Of a DNA stretch of 64,000 bases, positions 49,491 through 61,587 are shown in pieces. Where the stretch lies: NCBI GenBank assembly GCA_900553035.1, contig USCC01000001.1, forward strand, positions 6,157 to 70,156, in the 5' to 3' direction. The notes beneath the pieces were generated by a model. That model did no database searches and had not been told where the DNA came from. It was given only the letters and a program-made list of their open reading frames with translations. The translations under genes were made by a program, and so were the position numbers. Numbering within the stretch: position 1 is the stretch's first letter; each line of letters begins with the position of its first letter. Source of the DNA: an uncultured Rhodospirillaceae bacterium. GTDB taxonomy: Bacteria > Pseudomonadota > Alphaproteobacteria > CAAGCB01 > CAG-977.

Positions 49491-50489
49491 ATGGATGCGT
49501 TGGCACGTTTTGACGTCGTGGCTATCGGGAACGCCATCGTTGACGTTTTGGCAAGCATGGACGACACCTTTCTTGAAAAGCATAATATGCCCAAGGGGAT
49601 GATGACCTTGATTGACGCGGCGCTGGCGGAACGGATTTACGGCAGCATCTGCGGTCGCAGCATTGAATGTTCGGGCGGATCGGCGGCCAATACCGCCGTC
49701 GGCATTGCCGCGCTGGGCGGGAAACCGGCTTTCATCGGCAAGGTTGCCGCGGACAAGCTCGGGGATGTCTTTCGCGAAGACATTACGAAATCGGGCGTCC
49801 ATTTTTCGACGCCGTGCCTGGAAAACGAAAAGCCGACCGCGCGCTGTATGGTCATTGTCAGCCCGGATGCCCAGAGGACAATGAACACCTATCTGGGGGC
49901 CTGTTCAAAGCTGTCGCGTAAAGATATTGATGAAGAACTCATCCGCCAGACGAAAATCGTTTATATGGAAGGCTATCTGTGGGATCGCGATGAAGCAAAG
50001 GATGCTCTGGCGTATGCTGTCGAGCTGGCTCGCAAGCACGGCCGCAAGGTTTCTCTTTCGCTGTCCGATCCGTTCTGCGTTAACCGCCATCGGGACAGTT
50101 TCATTGAACTGATCCGGCGCGGCGTTGATATCGTTTTCTGCAACGAGGAGGAAATTCTGGCGCTGTTCGGCGTTTCAACGGCGGAGGAAGCGTTTGAAAA
50201 ATGCCGGGATTTATGTGAAATCGTGGTCATTACGCGCGGTGAAAAAGGCGCCGTCGCGGTTACCCGCGATAAAAAATACGAAATTCCCGCCGAACCGATT
50301 AACAAAGTCATCGACACGACCGGCGCGGGCGATTTGTTCGCGGCCGGATTTTTAACAGGACATGCTCAGGGGCGCTCCGTGTCGGAATGCCTGCAGATGG
50401 GCGCGCTTGCCGCCGCGGAAATCATTTCGCACTACGGCGCGCGGCCGGAAGTTTCATTGGCCCAGCTTGTCGCCGAGAAAGTAAAATAA
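49491..50489 (+). CDS. PfkB-family adenosine kinase
   Basis: 332 aa from the ATG at 49491, preceded by AGCGGAG. DVVAIGNAIVDVL, SGGSAANTAVG and DTTGAGDLFAAGF. Confidence 0.82.
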   Translation: MDALARFDVVAIGNAIVDVLASMDDTFLEKHNMPKGMMTLIDAALAERIYGSICGRSIECSGGSAANTAVGIAALGGKPAFIGKVAADKLGDVFREDITKSGVHFSTPCLENEKPTARCMVIVSPDAQRTMNTYLGACSKLSRKDIDEELIRQTKIVYMEGYLWDRDEAKDALAYAVELARKHGRKVSLSLSDPFCVNRHRDSFIELIRRGVDIVFCNEEEILALFGVSTAEEAFEKCRDLCEIVVITRGEKGAVAVTRDKKYEIPAEPINKVIDTTGAGDLFAAGFLTGHAQGRSVSECLQMGALAAAEIISHYGARPEVSLAQLVAEKVK

Positions 50490-50490
50490 A

Positions 50491-52311
50491 ATGCGTAACG
50501 TTGCCATTATTGCCCACGTCGACCACGGCAAAACTACTCTGGTCGATACCATGCTTCGTCAAAGCGGCACGTTCCGCGACAATCAGGTTGTCGCCGAACG
50601 CGCCATGGACTCCAATGATCTGGAACGCGAACGAGGGATAACAATTCTGGCAAAATGTACGTCTGTCGAATGGAAGGGTGCCCGTTTCAATATTGTTGAC
50701 ACGCCGGGACACGCCGATTTCGGCGGCGAAGTCGAACGTATTCTGGACATGGTGGACAGCGCCATTGTTCTGGTTGACGCGGCGGAAGGCCCTCTTCCCC
50801 AGACAAAATTCGTCGTCGGGAAGGCTTTGAAAATCGGCCTGAAACCCATTGTCGTCATCAATAAGGTTGACCGTCCGGATGCCCGCCCGATGGAAGTCTA
50901 CAACGAAGTTTTCGATCTGTTCGCCGCTCTGGACGCGACGGATGAACAGCTGGATTTCCCGGTTTTGTTCGCTTCCGGCCGCGAAGGATGGGCTGTGCGC
51001 GATCTGGAAAAGGATCCGCGCGACTCGATTGCGCCGCTGTTCGACCTGATTATGGAATATGTCCCCGCGCCGAAGTGTGATCCGTATGCACCGTTTTCCT
51101 TCCTGGTCACCGCGATTGAAAACGATCCGTTCGTCGGACGCATCCTGACCGGAAAGATTCATTCCGGCTCCATCAAGGTCAACACCATGGTCAAGGGGCT
51201 TTCCCGCGACGGGAAAACGCTTGAAAACTCCCGTGTCAGCAAAATCCTGGCCTTCCGCGGGCTGAAACGTACGGCTCTGGACGAAGCGCACGCCGGTGAT
51301 ATCGTCGCGATTGCGGGCATGTCCAAAGCCACCGTCGCCGATACGCTCTGCGACGCTTCCGTCACGGCGCCGATTCCGGCACAGCCGATTGATCCGCCGA
51401 CGCTGGCCATGACGTTTTCCATCAATAACTCCCCGTTGGCGGGGCTGGACGGCGACAAAGTCACCTCACGCGTCATCTGGGATCGTCTGCAGAAGGAAGC
51501 CGAAGGCAACGTTGCTTTGCGCATTTCCAGAACCGAGAGCACCGATGCCTTTGAAGTTGCCGGCCGCGGTGAACTGCAGTTGGGGATTCTGATTGAAACA
51601 ATGCGCCGTGAAGGGTACGAACTGTCCATCAGCCGGCCGCGCGTCCTGATGCAGGTTGACCCGGTGTCGGGAAAAAAGCTGGAGCCGATTGAAGAAGTCA
51701 CGATTGATGTTGATGAGCAGTACGTCGGCACGGTCTGTGAAAAAATGGGCGAACGCCGCGCTGAAATGACCGACATGCGTCCGTCCGGCGGTAACAAGAC
51801 GCGCATCACGTTCCTTGCGCCGTCCCGCGGGCTGATCGGCTATCATTCACAGTTTCTGACCGATACGTCCGGCACGGGCGTGATGAACAAGCTGTTTCAC
51901 AGCTACCAACCCTACAAGGGAAGCATCCCGACGCGCCGCAACGGTGTTCTGGTATCAACGGACAGCGGCAAGGCCGTGCCTTATGCTCTGTGGAAGCTTG
52001 AAGACCGCGGCCCCATGTTCATTGATCCGGGCATGGACGTTTATGTCGGCATGATTATCGGCGAGCACACCAAAGGCAATGATATCGAAGTCAACCCGGT
52101 TCGCACAAAGCATCTGACAAACATCCGCGCCGCCGGAAAGGATGACGCCGTCACCCTGACGCCGCCGATCCGGATGAGCCTGGAAGACGCGCTGGCCTAT
52201 ATTCAGGAAGACGAATTGGTTGAAGTCACGCCGAAGCATATGCGCCTGCGCAAGGTGCACCTGGATTCGAACGAGCGCAAACGCGCGGCGCGCGCTTTAC
52301 CGCAGGATTAA
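50491..52311 (+). CDS. typA: translational GTPase TypA/BipA
   Basis: 606 aa. [28 protein letters not shown] and NKVD. Confidence 0.96.
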   Translation: MRNVAIIAHVDHGKTTLVDTMLRQSGTFRDNQVVAERAMDSNDLERERGITILAKCTSVEWKGARFNIVDTPGHADFGGEVERILDMVDSAIVLVDAAEGPLPQTKFVVGKALKIGLKPIVVINKVDRPDARPMEVYNEVFDLFAALDATDEQLDFPVLFASGREGWAVRDLEKDPRDSIAPLFDLIMEYVPAPKCDPYAPFSFLVTAIENDPFVGRILTGKIHSGSIKVNTMVKGLSRDGKTLENSRVSKILAFRGLKRTALDEAHAGDIVAIAGMSKATVADTLCDASVTAPIPAQPIDPPTLAMTFSINNSPLAGLDGDKVTSRVIWDRLQKEAEGNVALRISRTESTDAFEVAGRGELQLGILIETMRREGYELSISRPRVLMQVDPVSGKKLEPIEEVTIDVDEQYVGTVCEKMGERRAEMTDMRPSGGNKTRITFLAPSRGLIGYHSQFLTDTSGTGVMNKLFHSYQPYKGSIPTRRNGVLVSTDSGKAVPYALWKLEDRGPMFIDPGMDVYVGMIIGEHTKGNDIEVNPVRTKHLTNIRAAGKDDAVTLTPPIRMSLEDALAYIQEDELVEVTPKHMRLRKVHLDSNERKRAARALPQD

Positions 52312-52314
52312 GGA

Positions 52315-53613
52315 ATGCCGGGCTGGATTCCCTCTCTGGGCGTTTACCGCAATCCGAAAATGATTGTGATGTTCGTGCTGGGATTTTTCAGCGGGCTTCC
52401 GCTGGTTCTGATTTTCTCGACACTGGCTTTCTGGCTGACGGACAAGGGCGTTTCAAAAACGGATATCGCGCTGTTTTCCCTTGTCCGTCTGCCGTACAGC
52501 TTTAAATTCCTCTGGGCGCCGTATGTGGACGGGTGTTCGATTCCCGTTCTGACCCGGATGCTGGGGCAGAGGCGTTCGTGGGCGCTGGTTTTTCAGATCG
52601 CCCTGATGTTCTTTTTAATCGCCCTGATTCAGACCGACCCTGTCACAACGCCTTGGATGACGGGTTTGTTCGCTGTTGGAGTCGCTTTTTTCTCGGCCTC
52701 GCAGGATATTGTCTTTGATGCCTTCCGCGTGGAAGACTTCAAGCCTGAAGACCAAGGGGCGGCCTCGGGCACGTTTGTGTTCGGCTATCGCATCGGCATG
52801 CTGGCCGCCGGCGCGGGAGCCCTGTATCTGGCCGACCAGATGTCATGGGAAAATGTTTATCGTCTGATGGCTTTGTCCGGGCTGATTGGCATTGCAACGA
52901 TCCTGATTGTTTCGGAACCGCCCCGCCGGCACGAGAAAAGCCTGAAAAAGGATTTTTTCCAGAACAATATCGTCGCTCCGCTGAAAGATTTTGTTTCAAG
53001 GCCGGGATGGATGCTTATCGTTTTGTTCATCATGCTTTACAAGCTGTGCGAAACCACACTGGGAACAATGACGGCGCCGTTTTATATTGAAATGGGCTTT
53101 TCCAAAACGGACATTGCGACGATTACAAAAATCTATGGTCTGGCCGCGACGATCGCGGGCGGTCTTCTGGGTGGTATTGCCGTGGTGCGCTGGGGCCTGA
53201 TGAAAAGCCTGCTGATCTGCGGCATCCTTCAGGGAATCAGCAACCTGCCGTTCGCCTGTCTGGCCACGCAGGGCAACAGCCTGCCGTGGCTGACGATTGC
53301 CGTCGTTTCAGACAACGCGGCGTCGGGAATGGCAACGTCGGCATTTGTCGCCTACATGTCCTTCCTGTGCAATACGGCCTATACAGCAACGCAGTATTCG
53401 CTGCTGAGCTCTCTGATGGCGTTGCCCCGCGACGTGCTTTCCTCGGGAAGCGGGTGGCTGGCCGACCATCTGACATGGGAACAGTTCTTTATCGTCACGG
53501 CGCTTTTGAGTCTGCCGGGGCTGTTTGTCCTTCTGCTGATGAACCGGAAGTTTCCGATCCGAAATCAGGGAGGCGCTCATGAATCGGGTTCCCCATCGGA
53601 AGACAGACCGTAA
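52315..53613 (+). CDS. ampG: AmpG-family muropeptide MFS permease
   Basis: 432 aa with about 12-14 TM segments. GFFSGLPLVLIFSTLAFWL and LPYSFKFLWAPYVD are typical of AmpG. Confidence 0.85.
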   Translation: MPGWIPSLGVYRNPKMIVMFVLGFFSGLPLVLIFSTLAFWLTDKGVSKTDIALFSLVRLPYSFKFLWAPYVDGCSIPVLTRMLGQRRSWALVFQIALMFFLIALIQTDPVTTPWMTGLFAVGVAFFSASQDIVFDAFRVEDFKPEDQGAASGTFVFGYRIGMLAAGAGALYLADQMSWENVYRLMALSGLIGIATILIVSEPPRRHEKSLKKDFFQNNIVAPLKDFVSRPGWMLIVLFIMLYKLCETTLGTMTAPFYIEMGFSKTDIATITKIYGLAATIAGGLLGGIAVVRWGLMKSLLICGILQGISNLPFACLATQGNSLPWLTIAVVSDNAASGMATSAFVAYMSFLCNTAYTATQYSLLSSLMALPRDVLSSGSGWLADHLTWEQFFIVTALLSLPGLFVLLLMNRKFPIRNQGGAHESGSPSEDRP

Positions 53614-55009
53614 ACACGGTTCCCACTTCCTTGGAGCTTTCGATTTTCAGGGCGCCGCTGTGACGTTTCAGGATTTTCTGGACAATGGAAAGCCCCAGCC
53701 CCGTGCCGACGGCTTTGCTTTTCGTCGCTTCGACGCGGTAAAAGCGTTCCGACAGGCGCGGCAGATGTTCCGGAGGAATCGGATCGCCCGTATTATGCAC
53801 GGCGACGGCGAACAGACGTGCGGACGGGATTTCGGGAAAATCAACATTGTTCTCTGTCCGGCAGGACACCGTCACGACACTGCCTTTGCGCCCGTATTTC
53901 AGGGCATTGTCTATGATATTCTGAAAAACCTGAGTCAGTTCGCCGACATTTCCAAGGACAGGCGCTTCCTGGGCACAGGATTTCAAAACGATTGAACTGC
54001 CGCTTTTTTCGGCTTTTGTTTCCAGGCTGAACTGTACGCTTCTGAGAATATCGCAAACATTGACCGGATCGGACGGCCGCGTGTTTTCGTTCATCTGAAT
54101 CCGCGACAGGGAAAGCAGATTTTCAATCAGACGGGACATCCGCAACGCCTGCAGGCTCATGATATTGAGAAATTCCTCACGCGCTTTCGCGTCGTCCCGG
54201 GCCGGCCCCTGAAGCGTTTCGATAAACCCCGAAAGGATGGACAGCGGGGTTCGGAGTTCATGGCTGGCGTTGGCGACGAAATCCGCCTGCATCTGCTCCA
54301 GCTGTTTTTGCGGCGTAATATCGTACAGAGCCAGAACAGCGACTGCGCCGCCTTTGGCTTCGGCGGGCAGGCGTTCGATTTTGGCGTTAAACACCTTCTG
54401 GTTCAGGGAAATTTCCAGGTTTTCCTTTTTTGAACGCTCTTCAACCACGCTGTCAACAGCGGTCAGCAGTTCGGGAACGCTGATCAGGTCGCGGATTGTC
54501 TGGCGCCGGACGTTGAACCCAAACGTTTCGCGGGCCGCCAGATTCGCGCCTGTCACGCCTCCGTTTTCGTCCAGCATCAACAGCGGGTCGGGCAGGCTGT
54601 CCAGAACGGCGGCGTCGGACAGCGTCTGCGCCTCCAGCTTTTCCGCCCGCGTCGTCCAGATGTTGCGCATCTGGTTGATGGCCGCGACGATTCGGGCGGA
54701 TTCGTCATCATGAGAACCGATTTGCGGCAGCTCTGAAACGTCTTCGTCCTGAGCCAGCTTGTGCGTATACTGAGCCAGATTCTGAAGGTTGGTCAAAAAC
54801 GGCAACGTCAGGACAATCGTCAACGTTACGACCATGCCGAATCCGACAACGGCCGAACTCGGTTGGACTTCATCGGCCCAGACGAGCGTCAGAAGCATGA
54901 TTGCCGCCGGCAGGGAAACGGTCAGAACGCGCTCTGAAAACTTGTAAAGCGGCTCTTCCTGTACGCCGTCCTCAGGAGCATCCTTGGCTTTTTTCCGAAA
55001 ATGAAACAC
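53495..55009 (-). CDS. sensor histidine kinase, PhoR-like (TM-PAS-HisKA-HATPase)
   Basis: 504 aa. Intact H-box DFVANASHELRTPLSIL, N-box IDNALKY, and G2 GTGLGLSIV. The GTG start is at 55009. No response regulator is adjacent. Confidence 0.82.
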   Translation of the reverse strand: MFHFRKKAKDAPEDGVQEEPLYKFSERVLTVSLPAAIMLLTLVWADEVQPSSAVVGFGMVVTLTIVLTLPFLTNLQNLAQYTHKLAQDEDVSELPQIGSHDDESARIVAAINQMRNIWTTRAEKLEAQTLSDAAVLDSLPDPLLMLDENGGVTGANLAARETFGFNVRRQTIRDLISVPELLTAVDSVVEERSKKENLEISLNQKVFNAKIERLPAEAKGGAVAVLALYDITPQKQLEQMQADFVANASHELRTPLSILSGFIETLQGPARDDAKAREEFLNIMSLQALRMSRLIENLLSLSRIQMNENTRPSDPVNVCDILRSVQFSLETKAEKSGSSIVLKSCAQEAPVLGNVGELTQVFQNIIDNALKYGRKGSVVTVSCRTENNVDFPEIPSARLFAVAVHNTGDPIPPEHLPRLSERFYRVEATKSKAVGTGLGLSIVQKILKRHSGALKIESSKEVGTVFTVCLPMGNPIHERLPDFGSETSGSSAEGQTAPADSKAP

Positions 55010-55013
55010 GCCG

Positions 55014-56297
55014 TTACCCTCTGTTCATCCGGTTCCGCAGGGCACGCCGGTAAGCCTCCCAGTCCGTCACCGGGGTTCGGGCGACACCGGTTTCCATGGC
55101 GGCACGGGCGACCGCCGGAGGCACTGTTTCAATCAGACGCGGGTCAAACGGGACAGGAACGATGTAATCCGGGCCGAAAGTAAACTCGGCCCCGCCATAG
55201 GCTTTTTTAATCTCCTCGTCCACCGGACGGCGCGCCAGTTCGGCCAGAGCATCCGCGGCCGCCTTTTTCATCGCTTCGTTAATCATGCAGGCTCGGACAT
55301 CCAGAGCGCCCCGGAAAATATAAGGGAAACCGAGAACGTTGTTAATCTGGTTCGGATAATCCGACCGCCCCGTGGCGACAATCGCATCCGGCACTGCGGC
55401 ATGCGCTTCGTCCGGGGTGATTTCGGGATCAGGATTGGCCATGGCAAAGATAATCGGCCGGGGCGCCATGGTTTTCACCTTTTCTCCGTTCAGGACGCCT
55501 TTGGCCGACAATCCCAGGAAAACATCCGCGCCGCGGACAGCGTCGGACAGGGTTCGGTCTTCGGTCTCGGCGGCGAAACGCTCTTTCCACGGATTCATCC
55601 CCTCCGTACGGCCTTTGTAGATGACGCCGCGGGTATCGCACATCACGATATTCCGCGCCCCCATGTCACGAATCAGCGACGCGCAGGCAATCGCGGCGGC
55701 TCCGGCTCCGTTGACGACGATTTTAACGTCTTCGATTTTCTTTTCCGTCAGCAGAAGGGCGTTAATCAAGCCGGCCGCCGTAACGACGGCGGTTCCGTGC
55801 TGGTCATCGTGAAAGACCGGAATGTCAAGCTTTTCGCGCAGAGCCGATTCAATCAGGAAGCATTCCGGAGCCTTGATGTCTTCCAGATTGATGCCGCCGA
55901 ACCCGGTCGATACCAGGGTCGCCGCCTCGACCACCCTGCCGGGATCCCTGGAATCAATTTCCAGATCAACCGCGTCAACATCGGCGAACCGTTTGAACAG
56001 GACGGCCTTGCCTTCCATAACCGGCTTCGAGGCCAGCGCGCCAATGTCGCCCAGCCCCAGAACCGCCGTTCCGTTTGAAATGACGGCGACCAGATTGCCT
56101 TTTGACGTATATGAAAATGCGGCCGCCGGATCCTTTTCGATTTCCAGGCACGGCGCCGCAACGCCCGGTGAGTAGGCCAGCGCCAAATCTCTTTGTGTTT
56201 CCAGAGATTTCGTCGCACGGATTTCGATTTTTCCCGGTTTTCCCGAGGCGTGAAAAGTCAGGGAGTCCTGAGCAAGAGTGTTTTTCTGTTCGGTCAT
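55014..56297 (-). CDS. NAD(P)-dependent malic enzyme (short form, no PTA domain)
   Basis: 427 aa. [28 protein letters not shown] and [11 protein letters not shown]. Confidence 0.92.
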   Translation of the reverse strand: MTEQKNTLAQDSLTFHASGKPGKIEIRATKSLETQRDLALAYSPGVAAPCLEIEKDPAAAFSYTSKGNLVAVISNGTAVLGLGDIGALASKPVMEGKAVLFKRFADVDAVDLEIDSRDPGRVVEAATLVSTGFGGINLEDIKAPECFLIESALREKLDIPVFHDDQHGTAVVTAAGLINALLLTEKKIEDVKIVVNGAGAAAIACASLIRDMGARNIVMCDTRGVIYKGRTEGMNPWKERFAAETEDRTLSDAVRGADVFLGLSAKGVLNGEKVKTMAPRPIIFAMANPDPEITPDEAHAAVPDAIVATGRSDYPNQINNVLGFPYIFRGALDVRACMINEAMKKAAADALAELARRPVDEEIKKAYGGAEFTFGPDYIVPVPFDPRLIETVPPAVARAAMETGVARTPVTDWEAYRRALRNRMNRG

Positions 56298-56372
56298 AAT
56301 TTTCTGTCTTTATTGCCGGATTAATAGTAGATATGTTAGGAATAACATAAATAAACCAAGAAGTGAAACATC

Positions 56373-59093
56373 ATGAGCGACAAAGAGGATCTTGTTTCAG
56401 GAAAAATGACCCCCATGATGGAACAGTACTTTTCCATCAAAAAGCAAACGGAAGGCTACCTGCTGTTTTACCGGATGGGCGATTTTTATGAAATGTTCTT
56501 CGACGACGCCGTTCGGGCGGCGGCCGCGCTGGACATCACACTGACGAAGCGCGGGAAGAACAACGGAAAAGATATCCCGATGTGCGGCGTTCCCGTCCAT
56601 TCGCATGAAATGTACCTGTCGCGCCTGATCCGCAAGGGATTCAAGGTTGCCATCTGCGAACAGACCGAAGACCCGGCCGAAGCCCGCCGCCTGCGCGGTT
56701 CGGGCGCGTTGGTCAACCGGGACGTCATCCGCCTGATCACGCCGGGAACCCTGACAGAGGAAAACATCCTTGAGGCCCGAGCCTGCAATTATCTGGTTTC
56801 CCTGACCGAAACGGGCGAAGGCATCGGCATGGCATGGGCCGACGTTTCGACCGGTGATTTCGGCGTCCAGACCCTGCCGTCCCATCCGCCGGCCAGCCTG
56901 GCCGCCGGGCTGTCGCGCCTGGATCCCAAAGAAATCATCGTTTCGGAAAAAATCCTGCAGGCGCCGGACTTTTTTGAAGTCTTCAACGACTGGAAAAAAA
57001 TCCTTTCGCCCTTGCCCGCCGCCCGCTTCAATGCCGAAAACGGTCAGAAAAGGCTTGAGGAATTCTTCAAGGTTCAGACGCTTGACGCGTTCGGACGGTT
57101 CAATAAAAGTGAACTGGCCGCCGCCGGTGCACTTCTGGATTACGTCGAACTGACACAGAAAGGAAAACGGCCGCGCCTGAATCCCCTGAAACATTTCAGT
57201 TCCGGACGCCTGATGGAAATTGACGCGGCGACGCGGCGCAATCTGGAACTGTTTTCGTCATTGTCCGGCGAACGGGGAAACAGCCTGTTTTCCGCCATGG
57301 ATCGGACAAACACCGGCGCGGGGGCGCGTCTGCTGAGCCAGTATCTGGCCGCGCCGCTGACATCGGTCGAAGCGGTCAACAAACGCCTTGACCGCGTTGA
57401 GTTTTTCGTACAGAACCCGCTTATCCGGGCCAACCTGCGCGATTACCTGGATCAGTGCCCCGATATGGAGCGCGCTTTGTCTCGTCTGTCGTTGGGACGC
57501 GGCGGCCCCCGGGATTTGGCCGTCGTCCGCGATACGCTGAAACAGATTCCCGGAATCGCCGCGGCTCTGCGTTCATCCCCCCAGGGCATGCCCAAAGCGA
57601 TTGAAGCATGCCTGAAAAATCTGGGCAGCCATGATCTTCTGGTGGATCGTCTGACACGTGCGCTGGCCGAAGACCTGCCTCTTATGGCTCGCGACGGCGG
57701 ATTTATCGCGCCGGGATATTCCGAAGAGCTGGACGAACTGAAAAAACTCCGGGACGAAAGTCGGCGTCTGATTGCCGAGCTTCAGGCCAAATACGCAAAG
57801 CAGGCCGACGTGCCGAATCTGAAAATCTCGCACAACAATATTCTGGGCTACTATATTGAAGTTACGGCCAAAAATGCCCAGAAAATGCTTGACGACGCCC
57901 GGAGCGGCAAATCCATTTTTCTGCATCGGCAGACAATGGCGAACGCCATCCGCTTTACGACCGTTGAGCTGTCCGAGCTGGAAACAAAGCTGCGCGGTGT
58001 CGGCGAAAAAGCTCTGGCTCTGGAGCTGGAGCTGTTCCTCAATCTGGTGACGGCGGTTCTGAAAAACGCGGAGGCCCTTGCGGAAACGGCTCATGCTCTG
58101 GCAATGCTTGACGTTGCGGCCGGGCTGGCCGAAGTGGCGGACGAATTTCACTACACGCGCCCGCTTCTGGACGACAGCGTTGCGTTTGATATTACCCGAG
58201 GACGCCATCCCGTCGTTGAACAGGCGCTGAAAGCCGCCCATGAAAAGGATTTCGTCGGCAACGACTGCCGCTTGGGGAATCATGAGACACACGACGGCCG
58301 CCTGTGGCTGATTACAGGTCCCAACATGGCCGGTAAAAGCACCTTTTTGCGCCAGAACGCCCTGATTGCCGTCATGGCCCAGACGGGATCCTTTGTGCCG
58401 GCCGAATCGGCGCATATCGGAATCATTGACAAACTGTTCAGCCGTGTCGGTGCGGCCGACGATCTGGCGCGCGGGCGCTCGACCTTTATGGTGGAAATGG
58501 TTGAAACCGCCGCCATCCTGAACCAGTCGACTGAACGCTCCCTTGTCATTCTGGATGAAATCGGCCGCGGGACGGCAACGTTTGACGGTTTGTCCATTGC
58601 GTGGGCCGTTGTCGAACACCTGCACGAAACGAACAAATCCCGCGCCCTGTTCGCGACACATTACCATGAACTGACCGCACTGTCCGAACGCCTGCCGCAG
58701 CTGTCGCTGTACACCATGCGCATCAAGGAATGGAAAGGCAGTGTTGTGTTCCTGCATGAAGTGGTCAACGGCGCGGCCGACCGTTCATACGGCATCCATG
58801 TGGGGCAACTGGCCGGTCTTCCTCCGGCCGTGATCACGCGCGCCAAGCAGGTTCTTGTTCAGATGGAGAAAAAAGGCTCCTACGAAATCAACTTCATGAA
58901 CGATCTGCCTCTTTTCGCTCTGGTGAAGAAAAAAGCCGAGGAGCCCGCTGTGGAAGAAACGGCACCTGTCCGGCCTTCCGCCGTTCTGGAAAAGCTGGAA
59001 AGTATCCTTCCCGACAACCTGACGCCGCGGGAAGCGCTGGATGTACTGTATCAGCTGAAACACATGGCGGAAGATGAACGCCGGAATGCTTAG
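56373..59093 (+). CDS. mutS: DNA mismatch repair protein MutS
   Basis: 906 aa. [19 protein letters not shown], Walker [10 protein letters not shown] and STFMVEM. Confidence 0.97.
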   Translation: MSDKEDLVSGKMTPMMEQYFSIKKQTEGYLLFYRMGDFYEMFFDDAVRAAAALDITLTKRGKNNGKDIPMCGVPVHSHEMYLSRLIRKGFKVAICEQTEDPAEARRLRGSGALVNRDVIRLITPGTLTEENILEARACNYLVSLTETGEGIGMAWADVSTGDFGVQTLPSHPPASLAAGLSRLDPKEIIVSEKILQAPDFFEVFNDWKKILSPLPAARFNAENGQKRLEEFFKVQTLDAFGRFNKSELAAAGALLDYVELTQKGKRPRLNPLKHFSSGRLMEIDAATRRNLELFSSLSGERGNSLFSAMDRTNTGAGARLLSQYLAAPLTSVEAVNKRLDRVEFFVQNPLIRANLRDYLDQCPDMERALSRLSLGRGGPRDLAVVRDTLKQIPGIAAALRSSPQGMPKAIEACLKNLGSHDLLVDRLTRALAEDLPLMARDGGFIAPGYSEELDELKKLRDESRRLIAELQAKYAKQADVPNLKISHNNILGYYIEVTAKNAQKMLDDARSGKSIFLHRQTMANAIRFTTVELSELETKLRGVGEKALALELELFLNLVTAVLKNAEALAETAHALAMLDVAAGLAEVADEFHYTRPLLDDSVAFDITRGRHPVVEQALKAAHEKDFVGNDCRLGNHETHDGRLWLITGPNMAGKSTFLRQNALIAVMAQTGSFVPAESAHIGIIDKLFSRVGAADDLARGRSTFMVEMVETAAILNQSTERSLVILDEIGRGTATFDGLSIAWAVVEHLHETNKSRALFATHYHELTALSERLPQLSLYTMRIKEWKGSVVFLHEVVNGAADRSYGIHVGQLAGLPPAVITRAKQVLVQMEKKGSYEINFMNDLPLFALVKKKAEEPAVEETAPVRPSAVLEKLESILPDNLTPREALDVLYQLKHMAEDERRNA

Positions 59094-61587
59094 AGACGCG
59101 CTGGAAAAAGCCTGGACGCGTCCGGAAAGTGAACGCCGTGAAGCGCTGGCCGCCCTTTTGAAAACGGCGCGGGTCGGCTTGCGGGACGATATGAATCGGC
59201 GGCTGGAAAAGGAAAAGAACGCCGGCCTGGAAGCCATGTATGCCCACGCGGCCGGCATGGATGCCCTTTTGTCCGATGTGGCCGCGTTTGCCTGTGAAAC
59301 GGTTTTTCCCGCGGAAACATCCGAAGCACCGGTTCTTGCCGCCGTCGGCGGTTACGGACGCGGCGAGCTGGCTCCCTTTTCCGACATCGACCTGCTGTTC
59401 CTGCTGCCCGAAGGCGGCGACGGACGTCTGGCAGAGATCGTTTCATTCATCCTTTACCTGCTTTGGGATTCCGGCCTGAAAGTCGGGCACGCCGTCCGGA
59501 CACCCGCCGAATCCGTCCGTCAGGCTCGACAGGACATGAGCATCCGCACAAATCTGCTTGAAGCCCGCTTCATATGGGGAAACGAATCTCTTTTCCGGGA
59601 CTTTGCAGAACGTTATGAAAAGCTGAAACGCGAAACCGACCCGCGTGAATTTGTCGAAGCGAAACGGGCCGAACGAGCCGAACGCTGTCTGCGTCTGGGA
59701 CAGTCCCGGTACATGCTGGAACCGAATGTCAAGGAAAGCCGGGGCGGGCTGCGTGACCTGCATTTGCTTTTCTGGCTGGCGAAATACCTGTTCGGCGTAA
59801 CGGACATGCGCGACCTGGCGGCGCGGGACATCATCAGTCCCAAAAACGTTGCCCTTTTCCTCAAGGCCCACCGGTTCCTGTCAACTGTCCGGTGCCGTCT
59901 GCACCTGCACGAGGGCCGGCCCGGCGATATCCTCACCTTTGACGCCCAGAAGGAAATCGCCGCCCGGATGGGATATACCGACCGCACCAGCGCCGCCGCT
60001 GTCGAGCGGTTCATGAAGCATTATTACCTTGTTTCAAAAAACGTCGGAGAACTCAGTTTTCTGATAACAGCGGCCATTGAAGACAACCTGAACGGGCCGG
60101 CCCGGATTGAAGAAGTGTCCGGCTTTCCGGAATTCCGCCGGATTAACGGGCGTCTTGATTTCCGGGATGCGGCGGACATTGAACGCGATCCTCTGCTGCT
60201 TCTGCGGATTTTTGCTCTGCGGCAGTCGGCCGGCCTGAAAATCGGCCCTGCGGCGCTTCAGACCGTTGCCGAAAAAGCCAAGGAAATCCGCCGAGTCCGC
60301 AAAACACCGGACGCACAGGAGCTGTTTTTTGGCATTCTTCTGTCCGACGAAGCCGAATCCGCCCTGCGCCGGATGAGCGAAACCGGGCTTTTGAGCTATT
60401 TCCTGCCGCCGTGGCAGAATATCGTCGCACAGATGCAATTCGATCTGTATCACGTTTACACAACGGACGAGCACACCTTGAAAACCGTCGGCTTTCTGCA
60501 TCACGCCGAACCGGAAGGCGTTCAATCCCGCCGGGCGCTGTATGCTGCCGCGCTTCTGCACGACATTGCAAAGGGACGCGGCGGCGGACACGCGGAAAAA
60601 GGTGCCGTCCTGACCTTTAAAACGGCGCCGGCCCTCGGGTTGGATGAAGAGGAAACGGAAACGACGGCGTGGCTGGTCGGGAATCATCTGCTGATGAGCC
60701 AGACGGCTTTCCGACGGGACATCTTTGACCCGAAAACGATTGAGGACTTCGTCGCAGCCGTCCAGTCACCGGAACGCCTCCGCCTGCTGTATGCCCTGAC
60801 AAAAGCGGACATCATGGCCGTCGGCCCCGCAGTATGGAACGGGTTCAAGGAAAAGCTCCTGAATGATCTTTTCGACATTGCTCTGGAAAAAATGCAAGGC
60901 AGTGTGCGTCCCCGGCCGCTTTCTCCGGCACAGGAAAAACTGGCCGCGCGCCCGCCGTCAGATGATTTTTCCTTTGCCGTCCAGACCGACGCCGCTCGCG
61001 GCGCGACTGAATTTATCGTTCTGGCGCCGGATCGGGACGGCCTGTTTGCGGAAATCACCGGAGCCATGGCATTGGTCGGCGTTTCGGTCGCCGAAGCGCA
61101 GATCATGACTTTGCCGAACGGGATGGCGCTGGACACCTTTCTGATTCAGGAAACGGACATGCTGGATGCCGAAATCCGGCGCCCCGTCGCTTCGGAAAAG
61201 AAAATACGGCGGCTTCAGGAAACCGTCCGCCGTGCCCGCGAAACCGACATTGCCGGAGAACTGCGGAAAAAGCGTCTGACCGCACGGCCCAGCGCCATGT
61301 GGTTCCCTCCCCGGGTTTTTATCGACAACAATGCGTCGCAAACCAGCACGCTGATTGAAATCAACGGCAACGACGCTGTCGGATTCCTGCACGCGGTCAC
61401 GCATGCCATGACCGATCTGGAATTAAATATTGTCTCGGCGCACGTTTACACTTATGGTTCTCATGTGGTCGACGTTTTTTACGTGACGGACAGGAAAGGC
61501 CGGAAAATAACGGATGCGGAAACGGCCGCCCGGATCAAATCTGTTTTACTGGACACCCTCAATGGCAACGCCTCATTCTCTGGTTAA
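59074..61587 (+). CDS. glnD: [protein-PII] uridylyltransferase/uridylyl-removing enzyme
   Basis: 837 aa. NTase [19 protein letters not shown], an HD domain (HDIAKG), and two C-terminal ACT domains. An alternative ATG is at 59086. Confidence 0.92.
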   Translation: MNAGMLRDALEKAWTRPESERREALAALLKTARVGLRDDMNRRLEKEKNAGLEAMYAHAAGMDALLSDVAAFACETVFPAETSEAPVLAAVGGYGRGELAPFSDIDLLFLLPEGGDGRLAEIVSFILYLLWDSGLKVGHAVRTPAESVRQARQDMSIRTNLLEARFIWGNESLFRDFAERYEKLKRETDPREFVEAKRAERAERCLRLGQSRYMLEPNVKESRGGLRDLHLLFWLAKYLFGVTDMRDLAARDIISPKNVALFLKAHRFLSTVRCRLHLHEGRPGDILTFDAQKEIAARMGYTDRTSAAAVERFMKHYYLVSKNVGELSFLITAAIEDNLNGPARIEEVSGFPEFRRINGRLDFRDAADIERDPLLLLRIFALRQSAGLKIGPAALQTVAEKAKEIRRVRKTPDAQELFFGILLSDEAESALRRMSETGLLSYFLPPWQNIVAQMQFDLYHVYTTDEHTLKTVGFLHHAEPEGVQSRRALYAAALLHDIAKGRGGGHAEKGAVLTFKTAPALGLDEEETETTAWLVGNHLLMSQTAFRRDIFDPKTIEDFVAAVQSPERLRLLYALTKADIMAVGPAVWNGFKEKLLNDLFDIALEKMQGSVRPRPLSPAQEKLAARPPSDDFSFAVQTDAARGATEFIVLAPDRDGLFAEITGAMALVGVSVAEAQIMTLPNGMALDTFLIQETDMLDAEIRRPVASEKKIRRLQETVRRARETDIAGELRKKRLTARPSAMWFPPRVFIDNNASQTSTLIEINGNDAVGFLHAVTHAMTDLELNIVSAHVYTYGSHVVDVFYVTDRKGRKITDAETAARIKSVLLDTLNGNASFSG

